Assembly: GCA_030431975.1 (NCBI GenBank)
Contig: JAUIHP010000001.1
Coordinates: 331,597-395,596, forward strand
Length of the DNA: 64,000 nt
Direction of reading: 5' to 3'
Source of the DNA: a bacterium
GTDB lineage: Bacteria; Eisenbacteria; RBG-16-71-46; CAIMUX01
Shown piece after piece: positions 38,106-47,163 of this stretch. Under the pieces are notes generated by a model. It was not told the origin of the DNA. It did not search any database and saw nothing but the letters and a program-made list of their open reading frames with translations. The position numbers were made by a program, and so were the translations under genes. Numbering within the stretch: position 1 is the stretch's first letter; every line of letters starts with the position of its first letter.

Positions 38106-38954
38106 ATGAGCCGCTTTTCGACGTCTACACAGCTTCGCAGGTTGGGACAGGGGCTCCGCCTCGGACGCGCCGTGAGACTTGGGCAGGACCTCGGAACCGG
38201 GCGCCGTCTCGAACGTGGTCTCGGATTGGGACGTCGGGACGCGAGCGGACTCGGGCGCGGGCGCGGGCGCGGGCACCGGCGCGGACGCGGACTCGGACGT
38301 GGACCCACACTCGGACGTGGGCGTGGACTCGGGCGTGGACTCGCACTTGGGATCGGAACAGGGATGGCGCTGCTCCTCGCCCTCGCGGCACCCGGAACGG
38401 CGGACGCCACTCCCGGCGGGCGCGGCTTCCACATCGACCTGGGCTTCGGGGCTACGCGGCTCGATCTCGGTCATCGCATCGAGGACAGCCTGTATCGAAA
38501 CGGCATCCGCTTCGACGACGAAGCTCCCGGCGGAATGTTCAGCATCGGCTATGGATTCTCGCGCAACTTACGAATGGACCTGGTCCTCGCCGGCTACGAG
38601 TTGGATACCGGACATCGCGACGTCTACGCAGAGTACGGAGAGGCCCGGCTCGAGCTCGTTTCCCGATTGAGTCGACGCGGACCGGTGCAGCCTTACGTTG
38701 CGGGTGGAATCGGCAGCGCCATCCTCGGTATCGGACCCGACAACGACGATGTCGACGAGGTGCAGGGATCGCTCATGTCCTTTGGCGGAGGAGTCGAGCT
38801 CATTCTCAGCCGGCATTGGAGCCTCGGATTCGACTACCGCTACGGATTGAGTTCGTTCGATCGCGAGAAGATCGACTTGCCGAACGGCTACACCGAGATC
38901 GACGGCAACGCGAGCAGCCAGACTTGGGGCCTGCGTTTCCAGCTCGGACTCTAG
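38106..38954 (+). CDS. OmpA/OmpW-like beta-barrel outer-membrane protein candidate with Arg/Gly-rich N-terminal extension
   Basis: GAAGGAGGTG SD 8 nt before ATG 38106; residues 1-85 'LGRGRGLGRG' repeats, then 'MALLLALAAPGTADA' signal-like, then alternating beta-strand pattern ending 'WGLRFQLGL'; alternative start ATG 38364. Confidence 0.5.
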   Translation: MSRFSTSTQLRRLGQGLRLGRAVRLGQDLGTGRRLERGLGLGRRDASGLGRGRGRGHRRGRGLGRGPTLGRGRGLGRGLALGIGTGMALLLALAAPGTADATPGGRGFHIDLGFGATRLDLGHRIEDSLYRNGIRFDDEAPGGMFSIGYGFSRNLRMDLVLAGYELDTGHRDVYAEYGEARLELVSRLSRRGPVQPYVAGGIGSAILGIGPDNDDVDEVQGSLMSFGGGVELILSRHWSLGFDYRYGLSSFDREKIDLPNGYTEIDGNASSQTWGLRFQLGL

Positions 38955-39113
38955 CGAGCGCCGCGAGTCTGCATTCAAAGTTTGGGTCGGTTCGGATGGA
39001 GACAGGCCTCGGGAACAGTTCTCGAAAGCCTCATTCGCTCCACTCCATCCGAAGGGCCCGATAGCAAAGCCCGTCGTCTTCAAGGCGACGGGCTTTTCTC
39101 TGTTCCCTGGCCT

Positions 39114-40424
39114 TCAATGGGACGCGTTCTTTGAGCCGTCGTTCAGCAGCGGCGCCAAGAACTCCGCCAAAAGTCGGCCGGTCACGTCGTGTCCAGCTCC
39201 GGAGAGGTGGTGGTCGGCCGAGGAGTACAGATTCGGCCCGTCGGCAGCTTCGCCAAAACCGTCACTCAAGTCCAGAAACGGAATCGACTCCTGTCGGCAC
39301 AGGTCTCCGACCATTCGTTGGGGTCGGAAGCGATCCTTCAGGTACTCCGTGGTCAGCGGATCGTCGCCGTAGTTGGCCTGAATCAGATGGTCATAGGCTT
39401 CGTACATCTGGAACGGGGAAGGAATGACCGCGATCGCAAGCTGCGAGCCCGCGTCGTGCACTTCGTCGCGCAGTTCCTTCAGCAGCCCGGCCGTTAGAGC
39501 CCATCCCGGATCGAGGGTCTCCTTTCCGTACCAACCACGGATCAGGGACGGCAGGCGAGGAAGCTCCACCGGCAAACCCATTCGCTGCGCCAACCGGACG
39601 AGTTCAGGTTTCGTCTCGAGAAAACCGATGGCCCGTGTCTTGATGAAGGTCGGAAGTAGCGGCCGGAACCCGGCGCGCAGAACCCTGACCCCGGCAGATC
39701 CAAAACTCCTTCGGTACCCAGGGTTGGATCCAGATCCAACGCTTGGTCCAGACCCGACGCTTGATCCGATTCCCGGCTCGGCCGACGATGAACTCGACCC
39801 CGGCCGTTTCGGCGGCGACTGCAAGTAGACGCCACCATCGGAGTTCACCGCAAACCGCGGCGCATGGGGAATCGGCTGGAGCCGATCGTAGTCCAGGGCC
39901 AGATTGTCGAGCAGATCGTTCGGAAAGAACATGAGTAGAACGATGTCGGTCTCGAAACCGTGATCGAGCAGCCCTTTGGCGTAGAGGTACTGATGGGCCG
40001 TCCCCCAACCTTGAACTCCGGAGTTCACGACTTCGACCGGCTCTCCTCGTTCTTGCAGGTAGTGCTGCGTCCGCGAAGAAAGCAGGTTCTCCTGCGCGAC
40101 GAGCATCCCGAACGTGAACGAGTCCCCCATCACGAGAACGCGATCCACGTCCGCCGCGGGTTTCATCGCGACATCCGGATTCCGCATTCCGAGGGCGTTG
40201 ACGTTGATGTCAAAGCCGCGAAAGTTCTCGGTCTCCTTTCGGCTGACGGGATACGTACCGGGTTTCAGTCGCCAACCCAGAACCGGATCGAACTCCGTAA
40301 CGGGCCGTCGCAGATAGGGCGGGCTGTAGACGAACTGCAGCACCGTTTCAGCAAGCACGACCACAAACCCCAGCGAGAGCAGCAGGAGCGCCAAGTTGCC
40401 GATGACTCTCTTGGCGCGGCTCAT
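39114..40424 (-). CDS. membrane-anchored SGNH/GDSL-family hydrolase (possible polysaccharide O-acyl-modifying enzyme)
   Basis: N-terminal TM 'VIGNLALLLLSLGFVVVLA'; block I 'VLVMGDSFTFG' (Ser nucleophile), block V 'DHHLSGAGH'; Ser/Gly-rich linker encoded by a DNA repeat at 39700-39790. Confidence 0.65.
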   Translation of the reverse strand: MSRAKRVIGNLALLLLSLGFVVVLAETVLQFVYSPPYLRRPVTEFDPVLGWRLKPGTYPVSRKETENFRGFDINVNALGMRNPDVAMKPAADVDRVLVMGDSFTFGMLVAQENLLSSRTQHYLQERGEPVEVVNSGVQGWGTAHQYLYAKGLLDHGFETDIVLLMFFPNDLLDNLALDYDRLQPIPHAPRFAVNSDGGVYLQSPPKRPGSSSSSAEPGIGSSVGSGPSVGSGSNPGYRRSFGSAGVRVLRAGFRPLLPTFIKTRAIGFLETKPELVRLAQRMGLPVELPRLPSLIRGWYGKETLDPGWALTAGLLKELRDEVHDAGSQLAIAVIPSPFQMYEAYDHLIQANYGDDPLTTEYLKDRFRPQRMVGDLCRQESIPFLDLSDGFGEAADGPNLYSSADHHLSGAGHDVTGRLLAEFLAPLLNDGSKNASH

Positions 40425-40454
40425 CGGTTACTGTAACTCGTCATTCGGTTCGAT

Positions 40455-40656
40455 TGCGTGTGGCTCACAGGTGGCGGCTTGCCCCTTCGTGGCGTGAATG
40501 TGAGCTGTGGCGTGTGGCCGGTGCGTTGCACGCATCTCAGGCGCGGCGTGTAGCCAATGAGTGGCGCGTATCTGAGATGCGGCTTGTTGCCCGTACTTGG
40601 CGCGTACCTGAGATGCGGCGTGTGGCCGGTGCGTTGCACGCGACTGATGTCCGACA
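40455..40656. repeat. degenerate ~36-bp tandem repeat array (5-6 copies)
   Basis: 'GCGTGTGGCCGGTGCGTTGCACGCATCTCAGGCGCG' / 'GCGTGTAGCCAATGAGTGGCGCGTATCTGAGATGCG' / 'GCTTGTTGCCCGTACTTGGCGCGTACCTGAGATGCG' / 'GCGTGTGGCCGGTGCGTTGCACGCGACTGATGTCCG'. Confidence 0.8.
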
Positions 40657-40665
40657 CAGCCGACA

Positions 40666-41358
40666 TCATGCCGTGCCCCGCACCATTCGGCGGGCCTTGC
40701 CCAGGATCCTCAGGAATTCCACCGTGTGTTTGATCGGGTGGATATGGCTTCCTTCCTCGCCGTAGATCGTCGAGATCGGGACCCAGTCGAGTCGCATTCC
40801 TTCCCGAATGCATGTCGCGATCATCTCCACCTCGAACTCGAAGCCTTGCTCGTCGCTGCCGAGCAGCTTCTGAAGAAGCGGAGCTGCGATCAGCCGGTAG
40901 CCGGATTGGTTGTCCTCGACTTTCGTTCCCACGGCCCAGGAAAATGTGGCTCGCGCGAACCGATTCGACAGTTGGCGAATGAACGGCATCTTGGAGAAGT
41001 CGCGCGCGCCGATAATGAGTTCGGCCTGCGTCGCAGCGTACTTTTCGAGAAAGCGCGGGATCTCTTCCGGCGCATGTTGGCCATCCGCATCGAGAGTCAG
41101 GACGGCATCGAACCCCTCTTCGAGCGCGATGGCAAACCCGGCGCGGAGAGCTGCGCCTTTCCCCTGATTGGGTATCTGTCGATGCACCCGGGCGCCGGCG
41201 GCCTCGGCTCTCTCGGCGGTCGCGTCCTTGGAACCGTCATCGACGACCAGCAGAGGCAGGTGCGGAAGAACTCCGCGAACGACCTCGGCGATGCCGGCCT
41301 CTTCGTTGTAGCCGGGAACGAGGGCGAGAACTTTGTTCGTACCAGCATCCGCGTTCAT
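40666..41358 (-). CDS. GT2 family glycosyltransferase (polyprenol-phosphate mannose/glucose synthase-like, soluble type)
   Basis: 'ALVPGYNEE', 'LVVDDGSKD', 'LDADGQH', 'GYRL' motifs; ATGA overlap with mfd stop. Confidence 0.8.
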   Translation of the reverse strand: MNADAGTNKVLALVPGYNEEAGIAEVVRGVLPHLPLLVVDDGSKDATAERAEAAGARVHRQIPNQGKGAALRAGFAIALEEGFDAVLTLDADGQHAPEEIPRFLEKYAATQAELIIGARDFSKMPFIRQLSNRFARATFSWAVGTKVEDNQSGYRLIAAPLLQKLLGSDEQGFEFEVEMIATCIREGMRLDWVPISTIYGEEGSHIHPIKHTVEFLRILGKARRMVRGTA

Positions 41359-44300
41359 GCGTTTTGCCCCAGAGCTTTCAGAAGGATGAGCGACTTGGAA
41401 ATGGCCTCTCCCGGACCGGGACTCTTCATCTTGATCTTGTGCCGGCCGCCGAGGTCGAACTCGACCTGACCGGGAACCGCACGAACGAGTTCACCGATCT
41501 CGCTCTTCTCCAGGTCCCGTGCCAGCTCCATCTGCACCAGATCGTCACGCACCACGACTCGCTCAATTCCACCGGCTGCGGCAAGAACGCGAATACGCCG
41601 CAGGGCGAGCAGGTGCCGCACAGGTTCGGGATGTTTCCCGAATCGGTCATTGAGGTCGGCGGCAATCTTCTCCAGTTCATCCGTGTGCCGCGCGTCCGCA
41701 ATCGACTTGTAGAGGTTGATCTTCTCGCGCGGATCAGGAACATAGTCTTCGGGCAGGAATGCTTCGATGTCGGTGACCATCTTGGGCTCGCGGACCTCGA
41801 CCGTTTCGATTCCCTTGAGTTCCCGCACCGCTTCTTCCAAAAGCGAGCAGTACAGCTCGAAACCGACACTGATAATGAAGCCGCTTTGCTGTGAACCGAG
41901 AAGGTCTCCAGCTCCACGAATCTCAAGGTCCCGCAACGCGAGCTGGTAGCCGCTCCCCAAGTCTTCAAACTCTTCCATGGCCTTGAGTCGCTTCTGCGCC
42001 TGCTCCGTCACGACGCGATGCGGTGGCAGCAGAAGATAGGCGTAGGCCTTCCTCGACGAACGGCCGACCCGGCCGCGCAGCTGGTAGAGCTGAGAAAGTC
42101 CGAACATGTCTCCGCGGTTGATGACGATCGTGTTGACGTTGGGAAGGTCGAGCCCGGACTCGATGATCATCGTGGAAACCAGGACGTCGTACTCCCCCTC
42201 CAGGAAGTCGCGCATGACCGTTTCCAGGAGCTTCTCCCGCATCTGTCCGTGGGCCACGGCGATTCGGAGATGCGGAACCAGATTCGAAATGTACGTCGCC
42301 ATTTGATCGATGGTCTGCACGCGGTTGTGGACGAAGAAGGACTGGCCTCCGCGATCGGCTTCCTGCATGAGAGCATGCGCGATGACGTCGTCGCGGAACT
42401 CGAGCACTTCCGTTTGGATCGGAAGACGATTGCGAGGCGGCGTCAGAATGAGACTCATGTCCCGGCCGCCCATGAGCGAGAAGTGCATCGTTCGCGGGAT
42501 CGGTGTCGCGGTCAACGTGAGAACGTCCACGGTCTCGCGGTACTTCTTGAGCTTCTCCTTGGCTTTGACGCCGAAGAGCTGCTCCTCGTCGATGATGAGC
42601 AGGCCCAGATCCTTGAACTTGACGTCCTTGCCCAGAATCTTGTGCGTACCGATGAGCACGTCGATCTGTCCAAGGGTGACCCTCTCCATGATCTCCTTCG
42701 TCTCTTTCGTCGAGCGAAACCTGGAGACGTAGTCGATGACGATGGGCATTCCGTCCAGCCGCTTACGGAAGCTCTCGAAGTGTTGCTTGGCCAGAAGCGT
42801 CGTCGGGACGAGGATCGCGACCTGCTTGCCGTCCTGCGCTGCTTTGAACGCGGCGCGGACGGCCACTTCGGTCTTGCCGTAGCCGACGTCACCGCAGATG
42901 AGCCGATCCATGGGGTGCTCCGACTCCATGTCCGTCTTGACCTCTTCGATCGCCCGCGCCTGATCCGGCGTCTCGTCGAAGGGGAAAGACGCCTCGAGTT
43001 CCTTCATGTACTCGTTGTCGGCGCTGTAGCCAAAACCGGGGCGGGACTTTCGGATCGAGTAGGTCTTGATCAGCTCCTCGGCCATGTCCTTGATGGTCTT
43101 CTTGACCTTGGCCTTGGTCTTGGCCCATGACTTTCCGCCCATCTTGGAAAGTTGCGGTTTGGCGCTGTCGCCTCCCGCGTACTTCTGGACCTTCATCAAC
43201 TGGTCGACGGGAACGTAAAGCGTGTCGCCGCCGGAGTACTCGAGGCTGAGACAGTCCGTCTCCTGTCCGTCGACGGTCAGCCGGTTCATTCCCTTGAAGC
43301 AACCGATTCCGTGCTCGACATGAACGACAAAGTCACCGGGGCTGAGGGCGAGCAGCTCCTTGATCGAAAGCCCGCGCGCGTATCGCCGCGGCGCTGTCCG
43401 TCGGCGGCTTCGCGAGAAGATCTCGTGATCGGTGAGGACCGAGAGCCCCTCGTCGGGCATGAGAAAACCATTGGCGAGGTTTCCGACATGGAACTGTGCC
43501 GGAAGGCGGTGCAGCAACTCGCGCAACCGGTCCATGTGGGCTTCGGTGTCGCAGAGGATGTACATCTCGGGCGTGCGATCGAAAAGCGTCCGCAGGTAAC
43601 CGCGTGTGCGGTCCAACTGACGTCCGAACGTTTCGGGCGGAACGGTTCCGAAGGAGAACTTGCCGGCATCGGTCCCATCGGACTCGTCGATGCGCGCCTC
43701 GATCCGTCCCTCTTTCGTGGAGAGGTCGGCCGTGGCCGCTTCACCGTGAGCGTGACCGCGGAAGTCCGCATGAACGATGTTGATGGGCTTGTCCGTTCCC
43801 GGGTTTGCATTGAGCCCGGTGTCAGAGCCGTTATCGGGCTGTGCTTCAGAGGGCGCACTGCTCAGGTCGACGCCGCTGCCGACCATGATGTGCTTTCCAC
43901 TGGGGAGTTGTTCAACGAGGTCTTCACCGAGATAGAACAGATCGTCCGGCGCTCCTGGTGTCAGCCCAAAGTGACCGGCAAGTGGATCCGCCATCTTCTC
44001 GAGCGCTTCGTACGCCTGCTGAACATCCGCTTCCCATGCGTTCTGGCGGGAGCGCACGTAGGTCGGGCCGTCGACCACGACCATGGAGTTCTCGGGAAAG
44101 TAGTCACGGAGCGGGACTCGGTCGATGCCGAGCGATGGCAGAACCCACTCGATACCTTCCAGCGTTCCGTCGGTTTCCAGGGAGTCGACCATCCGCTCCC
44201 AATCATCTTCGTCCACGCCGTCCGTCGGGTTCTCGCGGATTCGACGAATGGCTTCGGCACTCGGCAGCCACTCCCAGACCGGAAGCACGACGACTTCGTC

Positions 44301-45272
44301 GAGTGTTTCCACGGAACGCTGACTGTAGGAGTCGAACTCGCGGATGGAGAGGATTTCGTCCCCATCGAACTCGATTCGAATCGGGTTGTTGCGACCGAAA
44401 CTGAAGACGTCAAGGATGCCGCCGCGACGGCTGACTTCACCGTACTCCGAAACCATCGAAACCGATTGGAAACCGTCGCCGACGAGGAGTTCCATCATGA
44501 AGTCCAGGTCGACCGAGTCACCGACACGAACGTGATGGATGGATCGCGCAAACGTTTCTTTGGACGGCACCGGCGAGAGCAGACTGACCGCCGTCACCAC
44601 GACGACACGAAGGTTCCCGCAGGCCGGCAGGCCCCCGCGACGAGCTGGATCGGAAAGAGCGGCCAGAAGTTCGATGCGGTTGGCGCGGAGAGACAATGCC
44701 GGGTGGCGCGAGTGATAGGGATCCAACCCGGGATCGGGCAAGGTCGCCACGGTTCCGCGACCGAGAAGGAACTGCAGGTCTTCCTTCAGGTCCTCCGCGG
44801 ACGCAAGGTCGGGTACGACGACGACAACCTCCCGGGCCCGCTCCGCGGCGATGGAGGCAACGAAAAGAGCGCGGGACGAACCCGCGAGTCCCCGCAGCCA
44901 AATGGGCTTGCGTGTCGACTCGTCTGCATCGAGTCGGGAGGTGACGCGACCGAAGGCCGTGGTCTTGCGGAACCGATCGACCAGGGTTTGCGCGATGGCA
45001 GATGGTCCGGCGGATGGTCCGGCAGTTCCCCCGCCGTCCGGTCCGGTGCCTGGTTTAGTGTCCGGCCCAGCATGGCCGGCAGTCCTGGCGGAACCTGCGT
45101 CTCCCGAACCGGATTCCGAGCCGGCCTTCGCGTTGGCAGATCCAGGGTCACCGGCCGCGGAGATACCTGGCTTGTTGGGACTAGAACCGGCCCCTGGCTG
45201 GCCACCCGGTGAAGATGGCGTCTTCGTGGTCACTCTTTCGATTCCTCCATCCCACTGCCGGGCCGCCCCCAA
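41355..45272 (-). CDS. mfd: transcription-repair coupling factor Mfd (N-terminal start uncertain)
   Basis: 'GDFVVHVEHGIGCF' KOW-like TRCF motif, DEAD-box helicase motifs 'GDVGYGKTEVA', 'LIIDEEQLFGV', TRG 'TATPIPRT', C-terminal TRCF domain; low-complexity G/P/S/A-rich first ~100 aa. Confidence 0.9.
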   Translation of the reverse strand: MGAARQWDGGIERVTTKTPSSPGGQPGAGSSPNKPGISAAGDPGSANAKAGSESGSGDAGSARTAGHAGPDTKPGTGPDGGGTAGPSAGPSAIAQTLVDRFRKTTAFGRVTSRLDADESTRKPIWLRGLAGSSRALFVASIAAERAREVVVVVPDLASAEDLKEDLQFLLGRGTVATLPDPGLDPYHSRHPALSLRANRIELLAALSDPARRGGLPACGNLRVVVVTAVSLLSPVPSKETFARSIHHVRVGDSVDLDFMMELLVGDGFQSVSMVSEYGEVSRRGGILDVFSFGRNNPIRIEFDGDEILSIREFDSYSQRSVETLDEVVVLPVWEWLPSAEAIRRIRENPTDGVDEDDWERMVDSLETDGTLEGIEWVLPSLGIDRVPLRDYFPENSMVVVDGPTYVRSRQNAWEADVQQAYEALEKMADPLAGHFGLTPGAPDDLFYLGEDLVEQLPSGKHIMVGSGVDLSSAPSEAQPDNGSDTGLNANPGTDKPINIVHADFRGHAHGEAATADLSTKEGRIEARIDESDGTDAGKFSFGTVPPETFGRQLDRTRGYLRTLFDRTPEMYILCDTEAHMDRLRELLHRLPAQFHVGNLANGFLMPDEGLSVLTDHEIFSRSRRRTAPRRYARGLSIKELLALSPGDFVVHVEHGIGCFKGMNRLTVDGQETDCLSLEYSGGDTLYVPVDQLMKVQKYAGGDSAKPQLSKMGGKSWAKTKAKVKKTIKDMAEELIKTYSIRKSRPGFGYSADNEYMKELEASFPFDETPDQARAIEEVKTDMESEHPMDRLICGDVGYGKTEVAVRAAFKAAQDGKQVAILVPTTLLAKQHFESFRKRLDGMPIVIDYVSRFRSTKETKEIMERVTLGQIDVLIGTHKILGKDVKFKDLGLLIIDEEQLFGVKAKEKLKKYRETVDVLTLTATPIPRTMHFSLMGGRDMSLILTPPRNRLPIQTEVLEFRDDVIAHALMQEADRGGQSFFVHNRVQTIDQMATYISNLVPHLRIAVAHGQMREKLLETVMRDFLEGEYDVLVSTMIIESGLDLPNVNTIVINRGDMFGLSQLYQLRGRVGRSSRKAYAYLLLPPHRVVTEQAQKRLKAMEEFEDLGSGYQLALRDLEIRGAGDLLGSQQSGFIISVGFELYCSLLEEAVRELKGIETVEVREPKMVTDIEAFLPEDYVPDPREKINLYKSIADARHTDELEKIAADLNDRFGKHPEPVRHLLALRRIRVLAAAGGIERVVVRDDLVQMELARDLEKSEIGELVRAVPGQVEFDLGGRHKIKMKSPGPGEAISKSLILLKALGQNA

Positions 45273-47005
45273 CCGTTGGCCGCTGCATGCACATCCACAC
45301 GGAGTGTCATCGGTTCACCGTCTGCGGAAGTGCGACACGGTACGGTCCGGGTCATGTTCCCGACGTCAACATGCACCACGTATTCGCGTCCCGGCTGCAG
45401 CCGGGCGGTCAGATGGTCGTTCATGTCGGCGCGGTCCGAACGGGTCACGCCCGCAAACACTCGCGCTCCTGATGTGTCGCGTACTTCGATTCGCGTTGGC
45501 ACTCGTTCTTCCCTCTGGTCGTAAGCGACAAAGCGGACGAGAGCCTTGCGGTCCGTGCCCGTCCGTCCGGTAGTGCGGGGAGCGTACCGATCCGTCACGT
45601 TGACGCCGTGGACGTAGTGGACATTCAGGTCCCAGGACATTGGAAAGATCGTGCCTGTCCGTTCGTAGCTCGTCGCATAGATGGCGTGAACGGGAACGTC
45701 TTTCTGCGCACGCGCCGCCCGGTCGCCGAACCAGACATCGTTGAGACGATCGCCGGCCGGCTCCGCGGCGCCGGTGTAGAACCATTCTCCGTCCCAAACC
45801 TCGACCCAGGAATGATTCCCGCTGCTGTCCGCCCAAAGCGGAGTCCCGACCAGTCGAGCCGGCACGCCAACGGAACGACACGCATGGGTCAACAGAACGG
45901 AGAGACCAGTACACGTTGCTTTCTGCTCTTCCACCACCTGAGACACAGACTGGTCGTTACGGGAACGCTCCTTCGAGTAGATGACACCGTAGTGCGGAAA
46001 GATCTCCTGGTTCAGCCGGACCGCAGCTTCCGAAGGCGACTTCGATCCGGCGACAATTTCAAGACACGTCTCCCGCAGGATGGGCCTCCAACGATCGCGC
46101 GGCTCCGTCACCGAGTAGTAAGGAAGAATGCCGTTGAGAAAGAGCTCACGTGAGACGCGGCCCTTCCACGGAGACGACTCCCACGCACGATAGGCGTAGT
46201 CGACATGTTCGAGCAGAAACTCCGCATCGAGAGTACGCAGGTCGTGGGCCGGCATGTGTTCGATGAGGAAGGCCATACCGGTCCGCTGTGCATGAGGAAC
46301 GGTCCGCCAGGCCCGTTCGATCTCGTTCCCATTGGCTCCGGCGGTGCGGACTGCAGAGGTTACGTAGTCGGGCATGGTCGCCGCAGATGAGCCGGCCGAC
46401 AGTGAGGGAGTCGCGCTGAGGACCAATGCACAGGCGCCGATGGTGGCGCTGATGAGCACACGAAGTCGTCCGGCTAGTCCGGGTAGGTCGGGTCGTCCGG
46501 GTCGTCCGGGCCATCCGGGTAGTTCGGGTAGTTCGGGTAGTTCGGGTAGTTCGGGTATTTCGGGTAGTTCGGGTAGTTCGGGTAGTTCGGGTAGTTCGGG
46601 AATGATGGACGAATCAAGCAAGCCGAGCGGTCCGGATGTAGCTTTGGCCAGCGACGGAACCATCGCGTCTCTGCGTTGCCTCCGCCCCCTCGTGGATGAC
46701 GATCGGACGGAGCCGCCGAGCCGGCCAAGCGACTGGCGTTGTCTCTCGCTTCCGGATCCGAGCTTTGGGCCACTCTCTGGCGGTCGGTTCATCTTTGACA
46801 CTCTTCTCGCCTCTCGTCGGCCTGTCGGCTCGTCGGCGTTTTGGCACTCGTCGGCCTGTCGGCTTTCGTCGGCTCGTGGGCTCGTGGGCGTTTTCGGCTC
46901 TCGTCGGCCTGTCGGCATCGTCGTTTTTGGCGCACGGCAAATGATCCGAAAGCCGAGACCTTCGCCTCCGCGTTCGGCATTCCTGCCGGAGAATCCCCGC
47001 CGCAA
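45230..47005 (-). CDS. transglutaminase-like cysteine protease domain protein (start uncertain)
   Basis: Transglutaminase core 'CTGLSVLLTHACRSVGVPARLV...GNHSWVEVWDGEWF'; candidate start GTG 46459 before hydrophobic 'LISATIGACALVLSATPSLSA'; the ORF extends to 47005 through (PEL)n repeats and an Arg/Lys-rich region. Confidence 0.6.
   Translation of the reverse strand: MRRGFSGRNAERGGEGLGFRIICRAPKTTMPTGRREPKTPTSPRADESRQADECQNADEPTGRREARRVSKMNRPPESGPKLGSGSERQRQSLGRLGGSVRSSSTRGRRQRRDAMVPSLAKATSGPLGLLDSSIIPELPELPELPELPEIPELPELPELPELPGWPGRPGRPDLPGLAGRLRVLISATIGACALVLSATPSLSAGSSAATMPDYVTSAVRTAGANGNEIERAWRTVPHAQRTGMAFLIEHMPAHDLRTLDAEFLLEHVDYAYRAWESSPWKGRVSRELFLNGILPYYSVTEPRDRWRPILRETCLEIVAGSKSPSEAAVRLNQEIFPHYGVIYSKERSRNDQSVSQVVEEQKATCTGLSVLLTHACRSVGVPARLVGTPLWADSSGNHSWVEVWDGEWFYTGAAEPAGDRLNDVWFGDRAARAQKDVPVHAIYATSYERTGTIFPMSWDLNVHYVHGVNVTDRYAPRTTGRTGTDRKALVRFVAYDQREERVPTRIEVRDTSGARVFAGVTRSDRADMNDHLTARLQPGREYVVHVDVGNMTRTVPCRTSADGEPMTLRVDVHAAANGWGRPGSGMEESKE
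46479..46600. repeat. 9-bp tandem repeat (GGGTAGTTC)n, ~13 copies; encodes (PEL)n if translated on minus strand
   Basis: 'ccgggtagttcgggtagttcgggtagttcgggtagttcgggtatttcgggtagttcgggtagttcgggtagttcgggtagttcggg' with degenerate copies upstream. Confidence 0.9.
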
Positions 47006-47163
47006 CGTTGGGATGACTCGCCGACCTCCGTCGCCAGATTCTACCTCAACTGGTCAAATCTGCACGATCTGGTATCCTCCTCCGCTGACAATTCAGATGC
47101 GTCTTTAATTCTCGTGTTGGCGGACCTGCCCGATGACGTCCGCCTCTCGTCGGGGGAGATGAA

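Noticed and set aside
40455-40656. 36-bp repeat array considered as a possible CRISPR array
   Set aside because: The units are directly adjacent and degenerate, with no unique spacers between conserved repeats, and no cas genes are nearby.
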